Assembly (NCBI GenBank): GCA_964589765.1
Contig: CAZPUM010000004.1
Span: forward strand, 1-56,366
DNA from: an uncultured Methanosarcinales archaeon
GTDB taxonomy: Archaea; Nanobdellota; Nanobdellia; Woesearchaeales; UBA525
DNA length: 56,366 nt
Reading direction: 5' to 3'
In this document: positions 25,403 through 35,373 of the stretch, piece by piece
Position numbering within the stretch: position 1 is the stretch's first letter
Layout: every line of letters begins with the position of its first letter
Notes under the pieces: generated by a model
The model's database searches: none
Told to the model about the DNA's origin: nothing
The model's input: the letters and a program-made list of their open reading frames with translations, nothing else
Made by a program: the position numbers and the translations under genes

Positions 25403-25723
25403 TCAATCCATCACCCCATCTCTAATTGCACGCATTATTGGAAAGCTTCTTAGGTCACCATTGCAATGCACGTCCCTAGGAATCCCACACATCGTCCAAT
25501 TCTTGTCTTCAGCCTTAATTATCGGAAACATACAGTCAACTTCTCCTTCAACCACGTTATAATCTATTTCATTAATTTTACATTCTGCCGAAGCAGATAC
25601 TCTTGATGTTTCCAGTTCCCAAAGCATTCTTACAGCCACAACAACCACTATAAACATAGATATTATGAGCAACACGCCCACCGTTTTCTGAAAAGCACTT
25701 GTTACTGTTTTGTTTTTTTTCAT
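25403..25723 (-). CDS. N-terminally anchored Cys-containing small protein
   Basis: ORF track. TM segment 'VGVLLIISMFIVVVVAV'. Confidence 0.65.
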   Translation of the reverse strand: MKKNKTVTSAFQKTVGVLLIISMFIVVVVAVRMLWELETSRVSASAECKINEIDYNVVEGEVDCMFPIIKAEDKNWTMCGIPRDVHCNGDLRSFPIMRAIRDGVMD

Positions 25724-25917
25724 AATTGCATACCGTCCTCATTATATCCGTAATATTTCTGCAGAAGCATCTGGTCCTCAACATCCAAATCATCCCAAAA
25801 AACAAGATTTACACGCAACCTCTTATGAAGCATCCTTAATCTCAATCTCTGCTTATGTCTACTAATCTCTTCTACTGGTTCCTTATCGATAGCCCCATAA
25901 TACTTCTTCTTCACCAT
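25720..25917 (-). CDS. small basic hypothetical protein
   Basis: ORF track. ATGA overlap. Confidence 0.55.
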   Translation of the reverse strand: MVKKKYYGAIDKEPVEEISRHKQRLRLRMLHKRLRVNLVFWDDLDVEDQMLLQKYYGYNEDGMQL

Positions 25918-25923
25918 TTCACC

Positions 25924-26118
25924 TCAAATCAAAGCATACAGCAACAGTAGAGTTCCTGCCAACATGACACTCATTATTGCACGCTCTCTATTTTGCTCAA
26001 CATTTCTTATCTCCATGGACATATTTCTTAACACTTTAGACCTTACAACAACCGAACGCTTAACCGATACCTCTCCCAAGGTATTCATAAAATCGGAATA
26101 TTGATTATCTGTCATCAT
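25924..26118 (-). CDS. tail-anchored small membrane protein
   Basis: ORF track. C-terminal 'IMSVMLAGTLLLLYALI'. Confidence 0.55.
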   Translation of the reverse strand: MMTDNQYSDFMNTLGEVSVKRSVVVRSKVLRNMSMEIRNVEQNRERAIMSVMLAGTLLLLYALI

Positions 26119-26122
26119 TCAA

Positions 26123-26944
26123 TCACCTGTGAGATTCTTCCTGACTCATTTGAGTAGGTATCTTAAGCAGTTTACGCTGATCCAAACTCTTCTTGTACTC
26201 TGCATCTAAACCAACCGCATTCTGTGTAATACTCACAAAGTCCTTAAGGAACTGATGTATTCCTCCACGCCAAGCCTCTCTTATCACCGCAATGTCTATA
26301 CGAGCTATATCTAAATGGGCCCTATTAGGCCAGACGAATCCGTATTTAGAAATAGCACTAACTGCATAAACTTTCACATTTCCAATAAGCTGAGAATGCT
26401 CATTCTCAAGAGTTCTAAGAACTTTAGGCTGTTCAAATATGCTGAACGGAAATGGAAGCGTTTTGAAAATAAAGCAGTCCTCGTAAATAATGTAGTCCGA
26501 TGGAACTTCTCCTTTCTGCTCCATCAATTCAATCTGTTCCGCTGTGAGGCCTGCAAGAATGTCAAGGTCTTTATAAGACATAAGCTGACAATAACCTACT
26601 ATTTTTCCTAATCTAAATTCTCCGTGCTCTTTATCTCCTGTAAAATAGATGTCTTTCAACATAGGCGGTTTACTAAGCATACCTGCCTCTATGATATCTT
26701 TTTTATTATTTTCAACAAGATCTTCTTTAGGTTTCTTAAAAAACCATAGAACTATGTATAAAACCAATCCTAACAAACCTAGAATCAGTAGATATTTGAA
26801 AACTCTTTTTATAAGATCCATAAGCCCGGTTGGACCTGTCTGAAAAAGAGTAACTATGATAACACCTACAACCAACAAACCTATCAAGAAGATTATTACA
26901 GTCTTCTTGTCTTTTGATGTCTCGGGTTGCCCTGCTAATGCCAT
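26123..26944 (-). CDS. membrane protein (2 N-terminal TM helices + soluble domain)
   Basis: ORF track. No motif recognised. Confidence 0.75.
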   Translation of the reverse strand: MALAGQPETSKDKKTVIIFLIGLLVVGVIIVTLFQTGPTGLMDLIKRVFKYLLILGLLGLVLYIVLWFFKKPKEDLVENNKKDIIEAGMLSKPPMLKDIYFTGDKEHGEFRLGKIVGYCQLMSYKDLDILAGLTAEQIELMEQKGEVPSDYIIYEDCFIFKTLPFPFSIFEQPKVLRTLENEHSQLIGNVKVYAVSAISKYGFVWPNRAHLDIARIDIAVIREAWRGGIHQFLKDFVSITQNAVGLDAEYKKSLDQRKLLKIPTQMSQEESHR

Positions 26945-27223
26945 TTAATACCTCATTAAGTAAATAACCAGAGTTGCTATGAACCCTAAACCGGTTAAAA
27001 TGGCAGAACCATACAGTATGTATAAAGCCAATTTCTTCTTTTTAGTAGGATTTCCTTTCGGCTTCGGAACCTTCCTTATTCCACCAGATTGTGGCGGATA
27101 AGATGGCTTCTGCGGTTGTTGTTGTTGCCACTGACCTGGCTGTTGCCAAGGCTGCGGTTGCGGTCTCTGTGGCGGTTGCTGCCAAGGATTTGGCCCACTA
27201 GGAGGCCTCCATTGCTGATTCAT
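26945..27223 (-). CDS. Pro/Gln-rich protein with C-terminal TM anchor
   Basis: ORF track. 'PWQQPPQRPQPQPWQQPGQWQQQQPQ'. Confidence 0.65.
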   Translation of the reverse strand: MNQQWRPPSGPNPWQQPPQRPQPQPWQQPGQWQQQQPQKPSYPPQSGGIRKVPKPKGNPTKKKKLALYILYGSAILTGLGFIATLVIYLMRY

Positions 27224-27789
27224 TGTTGATTCCCTCCATTATTCCACTCCCAACCACCACTATAAGGTGCTTGGACTTGATGAGTGCTGTATCGAGAATA
27301 ATCGCTAGCTTGCCTCTGACCATAATTTTGAGACCAGCTATGTTGATCACTTTGATAGTCCCATTCAGGCTGAATTTGTTGAAAAGAACCTTGAGACACT
27401 TCTGGTTGAGCATTCTCGTAATCTGCTTTCTCTGATTGCCTATCAATTCTCTCAATTGAATGTTTTTTATTAACTCTATAGAGAATAAGAGTAATTATCG
27501 CACCTCCCAATAAGAAAGCACCTAAACTACCTACCACCAAAGTTTGAGTATTCTCAGTAAGAGTTTTCTTCATTTCCCCATCCAAAGCTCTGAAGTTATC
27601 ATCTTGATAATTTTTCAAACTCTGCTCCATCTCATCAAACTCTGTTCTTATAAGACGTTGAGCTTCTGCTGAAAGATATCTACTTTGCTCTGCAGGCGAT
27701 AATTCTTGTGACTGTGAAAAAACATCATCTGCATAAACTATGGGCAACGCTACCAATATCAGTAAAACAACCACCATTCTGTTAAACAT
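27220..27789 (-). CDS. signal peptide + single-TM protein with Gln-rich tail
   Basis: ORF track. First gene downstream of the promoter at 27806-27819. Confidence 0.75.
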   Translation of the reverse strand: MFNRMVVVLLILVALPIVYADDVFSQSQELSPAEQSRYLSAEAQRLIRTEFDEMEQSLKNYQDDNFRALDGEMKKTLTENTQTLVVGSLGAFLLGGAIITLILYRVNKKHSIERIDRQSEKADYENAQPEVSQGSFQQIQPEWDYQSDQHSWSQNYGQRQASDYSRYSTHQVQAPYSGGWEWNNGGNQQ

Positions 27790-27805
27790 AGTAAAACATT
27801 GACAT

Positions 27806-27819
27806 AAGTTATATTTAAA
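27806..27819 (-). promoter_or_regulatory. class-1 promoter motif (plus AAGTTATATTTAAA; minus TTTAAATATAACTT)
   Basis: TATA lies 22-30 nt upstream of ATG 27789. The same motif recurs at least 8 times in the window. Confidence 0.55.
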
Positions 27820-27828
27820 TCCGTCGAT

Positions 27829-29253
27829 TTAGATTAACCACTTCAACAGATAGATCGCACCAATCAACACCATTAAAAAAATAAGATTTTCGATTTCAAA
27901 AATGGCGAAACCCCAAATCAACGGAATTACTGAATCTCCTTCATTAGAACATTTATGAGTTAAAACACAACCTCTAGTCTCGTTCAAATTAAAACCATCT
28001 CTCGTTTCCACCACGTCTACACATTTTCCCTGCGGAATAGGACCTTTAGCACCTACATCATCTAAATAAGCAGACCTACCACTTATTTGCCCAAAATCAA
28101 ATGTATCTATTTTAGCAAACTCTCTTAAAGGCACATATTTACCCTCTACAAATCCTCCTTTATTGGAAGTAACAATGAGCTCATCTGATTTACTTGGAGT
28201 TGAAGTATATATTGCGGGCAAAACATAAGTGCCTCGAAAACGTCCAGCATTTCCTTGCAAAGGGTATCCTTGAGAACATTTATCTAATTCATTACCTGAA
28301 GTACAATCACCAAAGAAACCGCTCGTCTCACACCAATTCACATTCAACCTGCCCACTCTTTCTCCATCAACTTCATATGCAGACAACGAATAAAACCACT
28401 GAGCAACCTCGTCATGAGACCTAGACTTACAGTTAAGTCCTTCTTGCAGATAGCACACACCGTGCTCCTCTCCAAACAAATCTCCCAATGTAAATTCATT
28501 ATCCTGACAAACAACTACTGGATATATTCCTGCAGCAACAGCAAAAATCCTATCTTCTCCGAATAAAACATCCTCCGCAGAATATGGCAAAAAATCAGCA
28601 GGAACGAAAATATAATCCTCATCCATCCCAACTTCATTCGAATAAAAAAATTCACCCCCCACAGCATTTTCATATTTTAACAACGCAGAACCTTCAGCCA
28701 AAATAGTCCCATACGAATCTAAAACAAATTTAGCTGATAAAAACCTTTCTTTAGCATAAAAAGGCAAACCCTCGTTTGGTGAAGCACTAGCTAAACTGGA
28801 ACCTGTAGAAAAAGTTCCAGAAGTTCCTTCAAAATAGCCTGCAAAATCATCATCCTCATTCTCTATCAAATTAGACTGAATCCTGGCTGCCAATTCTTCA
28901 TCTGATTCACGATCCAACAAAGTAACGGTATCCTCAACAGTTCCGAACTTCAAAAATAACCCTGGCAAAAAATCAACAACATAAAGATCACCGTCAACAC
29001 ATGCCCTATTAGAAGAAACAAACCAATCTGCTGCAAAACCTATAATCAAAATACCTATTGTTAAGAAAATCACCAGATTAACCCACCTAGGAGCCTTTCG
29101 TACTAAATCAGTAAAAAAACTGACAATTATCCCTATAAAACTACCTAATACCCCTAAAATATCAGTAACTCCACTATACTTTCCAAGAAGAGCCAGACCT
29201 ATTCCTGCAGTACCTACAATCAACACCAGTCCCAGTATAGTTCCTATTTCCAC
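27829..29253 (-). CDS. polytopic membrane protein with large Cys-containing ectodomain
   Basis: ORF track. 3 N-terminal TM helices and 1 C-terminal TM helix. Confidence 0.8.
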   Translation of the reverse strand: MEIGTILGLVLIVGTAGIGLALLGKYSGVTDILGVLGSFIGIIVSFFTDLVRKAPRWVNLVIFLTIGILIIGFAADWFVSSNRACVDGDLYVVDFLPGLFLKFGTVEDTVTLLDRESDEELAARIQSNLIENEDDDFAGYFEGTSGTFSTGSSLASASPNEGLPFYAKERFLSAKFVLDSYGTILAEGSALLKYENAVGGEFFYSNEVGMDEDYIFVPADFLPYSAEDVLFGEDRIFAVAAGIYPVVVCQDNEFTLGDLFGEEHGVCYLQEGLNCKSRSHDEVAQWFYSLSAYEVDGERVGRLNVNWCETSGFFGDCTSGNELDKCSQGYPLQGNAGRFRGTYVLPAIYTSTPSKSDELIVTSNKGGFVEGKYVPLREFAKIDTFDFGQISGRSAYLDDVGAKGPIPQGKCVDVVETRDGFNLNETRGCVLTHKCSNEGDSVIPLIWGFAIFEIENLIFLMVLIGAIYLLKWLI

Positions 29254-29255
29254 AC

Positions 29256-32200
29256 TTACCTCCTTTTAGCATACACTACAACTGCAATTACCAATATAAA
29301 TACCGATAAAATTGATAACAACCAGTTATGTCTTATAACCCTCCAAAAAGAATTAAAAATAGGAGCAAGTATGGCTTCAACTCCTGATGAAGTACTTAAC
29401 ACAGTACCACAAACAGTTGCGCCATCAAGACCTGCTTTCAAATTATACTGCTCCAAATCATCTTTATAATCATCAGCATCAGGATCACTTCTATACGTAA
29501 CATCCAAACAATATAAATATGCTTCTGACCAACAATCAGGATTCTTTCTCACAACACTAGCTAATTGCGTAAAACCACACTGACCATCATCACTAGAACT
29601 AGCACAATAAAGTTGAACATTCCGATATACTTGCCGACGCTCAGTCTCATTTAAATTTAAATAACCTGGAGGAACTTCATCAAAATCCCTTTTTGAAGGT
29701 GAGACACAGTTTTTCAAGAAATCCAAATCTCTTTCTTCACCGGTTTGCTCTGAAGAAATAAACTCTCCTGCACCTAACAACCTAACATAATCAACATAAT
29801 TCTTACCTACGTAATTATTTATGATGAATGAACCAAAAACCTTACCTGATTGAAGATTTATATTAGGTATTGAATGTGCATCAGAGTAAATAATCTGATC
29901 TGAATTATCCATTATCACGACATCATATGTTTGCAAATCAGAATCTTGAGTTACTTTCAAAATATAAGAAGTTCCCGCTACAAAACCTGCCGAAACATAA
30001 GCATCAGAAGACCAATCATCAACATACAATTTACCATCTTCAATCAATATAGTAGATCTTATAAATTCTTGCTCATCTATTAAAGTGAAAGCAATAGCTC
30101 CCCTATTAGAAACTGAAAACTTCGTCTCTGCAACAAGATATGAAGCATCACAATCAATTTCTGCACTTAAATATCCATCCCCTGAAGGAGAATATTGACT
30201 ACCGGTCATTGTAAAAGAACCTTTTTGAGAATCCCAACCATATTCTAAAGGACTTTCTAAGTAATTGAACTCCCCACCCAATCCTAATGAACATAAACCT
30301 TCTCTTATGTTATCTTCAGTTTCATTCTCTTCAACAGTAACTACTAGGTTAGAAACGCAATAATTACTTACAGACTCTTCACCTGGATAACTTAACACAT
30401 ACTCAACAACAACTTCACCAGACCTAGATAATTTAAAATCAGTAGATAAAACTTTCCCAAGATAACCTGATGTTTTCAAAAACACTCCATCCGTATAAAG
30501 ATTGAAAACCCCAGAATAACCCTCTAAATTAGGAGCACTTAATCCTGAAACCGAAGCACTGATTACATTAGTAGAAGGATTGAAAGAACACTCCACTTTA
30601 GAAACATTTAAAGCAGATTCACTCCTGCTGAAAACAAGATCACTCTTAGAAGTCAAAGTTTTCAAACTTGTTCCAGTTACAAACAACAAATCAAACCGCT
30701 TATCACTAGAATAATCCACAGCCACAGGAACTGCTAAATCAGAAATCCCTGTAACTTCCTTAATATAACCGTTTATAGAAGTTACTAGCACCCCATCAGG
30801 AGTAAGAACCTCATCAACACCATTACCTGTAGCATCAAACGTGAATAAATTATCAAAACAAACATTTCCAGATAAACTGACCATGCTCGCATCAACTAGA
30901 GCAAACGAACCACTTATGGGCTGAATGGCACTACACTCCACTCTATGACTAGCAGAAGTAGAAACAGTCTCTATAACTGTATCAAACACTCTTTTAAAAA
31001 TAGGAATGATGCCATTTTTAGTTTCAAAAGCCACATTCGTAAAATCACTATGCTGCACATTAGAAAAAGCAGGCATGGTTCTACCAACATAAGTTCCTAG
31101 AATACTTGTTCCCGAAGTTTGATCTTGATAATCTGACAATTGCTCATGAGAAATAGGAACACAATTCTCAGCAGAATTAAAAGTATCACAATAAGACAAA
31201 GTAGCAGTATCTCTAAGACCAACGCTATAAGTTGCTAAAAATGGAAAAAACAGATTTCCTTTCATATCAAGCACACCAACACTTATTTCATTCGTGCCCT
31301 GAGCTGTATATCTTACAGGAACGATAACATAATTGGTGCCTGAAGAATAAGTTCCTCCCCCAATAACTTTCGGCACAACATAAAAAGCATCACTAGGAGT
31401 GCCAGGACTTTCTCTAAACCTAAACGTATTAGCAGTAACTCTAGGATTAATAGAATTATCCGTATATATAGTTACATTACATTTGTAATCAGCCCCTGGA
31501 GTAAAGACAGAAGTAAATTCTATATCTTGATAACTACTATCAAATATTTCATTCGCACCTATAATAGCAGGAGACGCAGCATCGGCCACACACGCACCTG
31601 ATGGCCAACCTGCAACTTCTGCCCAAACAACATTTGAACCTCCAGAAACTAAACCTACTATAGTCGTTCCTGACGCAGCATTGCGCACAATGGTGGAAGA
31701 AGAACCTGAATCTCTCCAAACCCTCATGGTCTTTTTATAATCAGGATCTCCATCAGCTCCACTTTCTGAAGTAACAACATAATGAGTGCTACCCAATCTA
31801 TAATGATCAACTATGTCTCTATCTCTTAACCCAGAACTAGATGGATAAAACCAAGAAACAGAACCTTGATCTGTAACTTCACCTACCCAAGACGCCTCAT
31901 CGTAGAGAGTTGTGTGAATTCCTCCAAAAAACTTACAACTACCTAGATAACAACCCATAGGAAATGGTGCCCCTAAAAAAGGAGATTGATAACTAGAATC
32001 ATCTGCACCTGCAGAAACAGCAGTATAAGAACTAGGATACTGTAATGTTGAAAAAAACCAAGTTCCTTCTACATAATTATAAAACCAAACTTCTAACTGA
32101 TCTTTTACTAACAAATTTTGAGGAAGCCCTGCGTTTGCACCAACTCCGTTATCATGAGGCAACCCTGTTATTACTATTAAATTTTCATCATCCAATATGC

Positions 32201-34340
32201 CTACAGTTAAAACAGTTCTAACAACTCTTTTAGCTTTAAGACTTCTATAACCGTTTCCTGCGTCTTTCGTGTCATCAAACATACTTGAAGGCCAAGCCAC
32301 AGAAGACCAAGAATCACCATTATATAGATAAAGATCTTGAACATTACTGATATTATAATTATCATAAGGCTGATGAGTTACTCCTGCGCAAATCCCTTTG
32401 CCACAAACAGTCATGGCAGGATCATCTTCCAAATTAACAGTATTAGACCCTGCAGGAACATTATTCCATTGTGCAGCAGGTTGAGCAACTGCATCCCATT
32501 GAAGATCTGAGTAAGAATTTATATCACTAGCAGCATCAACTTGGAAAGTAGCCTCTTCTTCAATTGGCTCATAAGCAGTTGCAACAACAAATCCTGGTTG
32601 TCCTCCATCGCAAATAGCTGCAGAAGGTTGACTAACACAAGTTGTATTGGTCCCTGCAACTTGATAAACTTTAATAAACGTATTGTCTATCGTAGGAGAA
32701 GAAGGATCGCTTACGTCGACAACATTAACAATCAATCTAGCTTGAGTATTTGCACCTTCTTGATAATAGTAAGTGTGACCAACCGCAACTAAATCGTCAT
32801 CCGCGGTTTGTATAACTACAGGTGCACTAAAATTCTGCGCATAAACAGCACCCAAACTAGGATTATAAACAGAACAAGAAGAACTTCCACAATACGCCAA
32901 ACCTATAAAACCTGCAAAAGTCTGCACTCTAAATCCCCAAACATCATCTTCTTCTGTAAGCTCAAATCCTGAATCTAAAAGTTTTACAGGTTTATTGTTT
33001 TCGGTACCAGATAATGTGGATACTCCTGTCGGATCTGCTACGTATTGCATAACTCCCGAAATAGGATGAATTTTATACAATTTATTCGAATTAACAGTGA
33101 AACAATTTCTCTCTTCACAAGTCAAAGCACCTATATCGGAAGATAAATATATGGACTGCTGTTTGGTCCAAACTTGTCCAAAACTGGTATAACTATTGAA
33201 ATAAACCCCGTTATTAGATGAATTGAAACCTAGAAAAGCAATCCCGCCCTTGAATGTTGCGTTAGTAACATACTCTCCATATTCAACATCAGATGTACTG
33301 AAAAACAAAGCCTCCGGATTACCCACCAAATAATCATAATCAGTAGATATAACAGAATCTAACAAACCTTCTGGAGTATAAAAATTCAAATTCGCCCCTT
33401 CAAATACTGCAATTTCAGTAACACCATCTCCATCAAAATCTAAAACCACAGGCTTATAGTTATCACCTGTTGATCTAGTTGAAGTGGCACTAGAAACTAT
33501 GTTTGTAATAAAATCATTGAAGTATGACTGTGAACTTCCCTCGTGTGTATTTCTATTAGAACTACCTCCTGCGTCATACTGATCCTGAACACAAACCGCG
33601 GATTGACCAGATAAAACAGGTTTCTGACAATCTTCCGTCAGTCCTGTTACTTGACAACAAGCATTCGCATCAGTAAAAGTAGCAGTCGCACTACCAACCA
33701 TGGAAGAATAAGAATCTAAAAAACAAACAAGTTCAGATGCATACCAATCAGGCTGACACCTATCGCAAGCAACAGTAACACTATATGAAGAAGCATCAAC
33801 ACCACAACCTAAAGAAGGAGTTCTAGTTACAGTCTTAGTATTATCTGCTTGACAAATTCCTTCGAAAGAAGAATATGAACAGTCGCAATCCACTGTAGCC
33901 TCTGAAACACCAAATGTTGCTGAACAAAAATCAGTCTCAGTCGTGCCATCTTCACACCCTTCTCCTATACAAGTATTTGATACCCTACAATAACTACCAT
34001 AATTATCAACTGCATAAACACTCAAAAGTTCAAAATCAGAAGGAGTATTTTCGGAAGTCTCAAATGTGGCTGTCCAAGTTCCGAAGCTATTATTCCCCGA
34101 AGTTAATTCAGCAACCAAAGTTACAGAATTACTAGAACTTCCAACTTGAAAACTAACAGAAGACACTGCCCTAGTAGGAGAACCATCTAACTCGTGAAGC
34201 ACATCACAAGAAATCGTAACTGTAGAATCACAAGAATAATTGTTTGAATCTAATTTGCAATCTTCTAAATCAAAACCCCCAACTGCAAAAACACTCGGAA
34301 CTAACATTAAAACAAAAATTACTGATAACGCTAACCTCAT
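29256..34340 (-). CDS. giant Cys-rich, C-terminally anchored surface protein with FG-GAP/VCBS-like repeat (1694 aa)
   Basis: Signal peptide. 'LDFDGDGVTEIAVFEG'. C-terminal TM 'WLLSILSVFILVIAVVVYAKRR'. Confidence 0.8.
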   Translation of the reverse strand: MRLALSVIFVLMLVPSVFAVGGFDLEDCKLDSNNYSCDSTVTISCDVLHELDGSPTRAVSSVSFQVGSSSNSVTLVAELTSGNNSFGTWTATFETSENTPSDFELLSVYAVDNYGSYCRVSNTCIGEGCEDGTTETDFCSATFGVSEATVDCDCSYSSFEGICQADNTKTVTRTPSLGCGVDASSYSVTVACDRCQPDWYASELVCFLDSYSSMVGSATATFTDANACCQVTGLTEDCQKPVLSGQSAVCVQDQYDAGGSSNRNTHEGSSQSYFNDFITNIVSSATSTRSTGDNYKPVVLDFDGDGVTEIAVFEGANLNFYTPEGLLDSVISTDYDYLVGNPEALFFSTSDVEYGEYVTNATFKGGIAFLGFNSSNNGVYFNSYTSFGQVWTKQQSIYLSSDIGALTCEERNCFTVNSNKLYKIHPISGVMQYVADPTGVSTLSGTENNKPVKLLDSGFELTEEDDVWGFRVQTFAGFIGLAYCGSSSCSVYNPSLGAVYAQNFSAPVVIQTADDDLVAVGHTYYYQEGANTQARLIVNVVDVSDPSSPTIDNTFIKVYQVAGTNTTCVSQPSAAICDGGQPGFVVATAYEPIEEEATFQVDAASDINSYSDLQWDAVAQPAAQWNNVPAGSNTVNLEDDPAMTVCGKGICAGVTHQPYDNYNISNVQDLYLYNGDSWSSVAWPSSMFDDTKDAGNGYRSLKAKRVVRTVLTVGILDDENLIVITGLPHDNGVGANAGLPQNLLVKDQLEVWFYNYVEGTWFFSTLQYPSSYTAVSAGADDSSYQSPFLGAPFPMGCYLGSCKFFGGIHTTLYDEASWVGEVTDQGSVSWFYPSSSGLRDRDIVDHYRLGSTHYVVTSESGADGDPDYKKTMRVWRDSGSSSTIVRNAASGTTIVGLVSGGSNVVWAEVAGWPSGACVADAASPAIIGANEIFDSSYQDIEFTSVFTPGADYKCNVTIYTDNSINPRVTANTFRFRESPGTPSDAFYVVPKVIGGGTYSSGTNYVIVPVRYTAQGTNEISVGVLDMKGNLFFPFLATYSVGLRDTATLSYCDTFNSAENCVPISHEQLSDYQDQTSGTSILGTYVGRTMPAFSNVQHSDFTNVAFETKNGIIPIFKRVFDTVIETVSTSASHRVECSAIQPISGSFALVDASMVSLSGNVCFDNLFTFDATGNGVDEVLTPDGVLVTSINGYIKEVTGISDLAVPVAVDYSSDKRFDLLFVTGTSLKTLTSKSDLVFSRSESALNVSKVECSFNPSTNVISASVSGLSAPNLEGYSGVFNLYTDGVFLKTSGYLGKVLSTDFKLSRSGEVVVEYVLSYPGEESVSNYCVSNLVVTVEENETEDNIREGLCSLGLGGEFNYLESPLEYGWDSQKGSFTMTGSQYSPSGDGYLSAEIDCDASYLVAETKFSVSNRGAIAFTLIDEQEFIRSTILIEDGKLYVDDWSSDAYVSAGFVAGTSYILKVTQDSDLQTYDVVIMDNSDQIIYSDAHSIPNINLQSGKVFGSFIINNYVGKNYVDYVRLLGAGEFISSEQTGEERDLDFLKNCVSPSKRDFDEVPPGYLNLNETERRQVYRNVQLYCASSSDDGQCGFTQLASVVRKNPDCWSEAYLYCLDVTYRSDPDADDYKDDLEQYNLKAGLDGATVCGTVLSTSSGVEAILAPIFNSFWRVIRHNWLLSILSVFILVIAVVVYAKRR

Positions 34341-34356
34341 AGTCTTACCCTCGCAT

Positions 34357-34370
34357 AACTCTTATTTAAA
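34357..34370 (-). promoter_or_regulatory. class-1-like promoter motif
   Basis: Minus TTTAAATAAGAGTT, 23-30 nt upstream of ATG 34340. Confidence 0.5.
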
Positions 34371-34374
34371 TGTT

Positions 34375-35373
34375 TCAATTGTACTCACACCACGTCGTCC
34401 ACGAAAATTCTTCCGACCTTGTCCTCCATATCTTCTCCTGGTATTTAAATCTAGGATTACCTATGGCCCCTGTGCTCTGAAACTCTCCCGCAACTGTAGG
34501 AGGATTATTTGTCGTATTTATGTAACAACTTATCAAAGGATACCCTATTTGTACCCCTGCAGCATTCTCCACTGTGAGAAATATCTGCCACATACTAAAT
34601 TGATTAGGAAAACCAGCATCTTCAGTTATGTTAAGACCATTATCAAAATAACCACTACCTGTTCCATTGTTATTTATGAGCAAGATAAGAAGTTCTGCCA
34701 AGAGTGAATCATTTCTATCCACACTATTGTTAGCCACTTGAGCAGCATATGTAATGTTGTTGATAATAGTTGTAGTCGACTGAGTTATGAGAACCTGAGT
34801 GTTGTTGAGTTCTATGAATGTTTGATTAAAACCACCATCCACTTGTATCGACAAGTTCTCTATTTGCTCCTGAGCTATCTGTACTTCTTCATAAGTAGCA
34901 TTTACCAAAGTCAATGTATCATTAATTCTCTGTACCCAGAACGGATTCTGCCATTCTCCCCACGCCAATGCAAACTGTTCATCAAGCTGACATCTCAACT
35001 GAGTAAGATAAGTGCCTTGCACTGCATTCATCGGAGAAGTATACAGATAATATCCTGGTTGAATCTCAGTAACGTTTGTTTCATTTATAAACTGAGTTCC
35101 ATTAGGATACCAAGCAGAAAAACTAGCCGTTATATTATCTATGACTTGTTGATCCGCATCAAGACAAGTTCCAAAAACGCTGACTGTCTCTCCAGACTCA
35201 TAAATAGAACCTTTAACTTTGGCTATAAGCTGTCTAGATGTGGTGATGGTTTCTTCTACCGCCAAACCAGTTTCAGCATATAGAAGCTTATAATCTGCCT
35301 CCTCATTAGGACCATACACATTGATACAACTAGCTAAGAACAACAACCCTAACAACAAGTAAGCAATTCTCAT
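34375..35373 (-). CDS. fibre-like glycoprotein, paralog of the N-terminus of 15802..17982
   Basis: 'KGSIYESGETVSVFGTCLD...WYPNGT...GEWQNPFWVQRI' followed by an Asn-rich coiled coil. Confidence 0.8.
   Translation of the reverse strand: MRIAYLLLGLLFLASCINVYGPNEEADYKLLYAETGLAVEETITTSRQLIAKVKGSIYESGETVSVFGTCLDADQQVIDNITASFSAWYPNGTQFINETNVTEIQPGYYLYTSPMNAVQGTYLTQLRCQLDEQFALAWGEWQNPFWVQRINDTLTLVNATYEEVQIAQEQIENLSIQVDGGFNQTFIELNNTQVLITQSTTTIINNITYAAQVANNSVDRNDSLLAELLILLINNNGTGSGYFDNGLNITEDAGFPNQFSMWQIFLTVENAAGVQIGYPLISCYINTTNNPPTVAGEFQSTGAIGNPRFKYQEKIWRTRSEEFSWTTWCEYN

Noticed and set aside
25245-25406. 53-aa ORF with a TTG start filling the 25245-25403 gap ('ISEQARKIHFDFNDLVKAF...').
   Set aside because: It has a non-ATG start with only a weak GGGGTGAT site and no motif. 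It is plausible, since TAATG-type coupling to the next gene exists, but support is too weak to list as a feature.
34240-35283. Long plus-strand ORFs (34240..34707 at 155 aa, 34738..35283 at 181 aa). Others of the same kind are 44..406, 8534..8896, 18618..18962, 24793..25137, 47173..47508 and 51959..52291.
   Set aside because: They lie entirely antisense to strong minus-strand genes that have recognisable motifs or paralogs. They are S/L/F/I-rich low-complexity translations with no SD or TATA context, so I treat them as antisense shadow ORFs.
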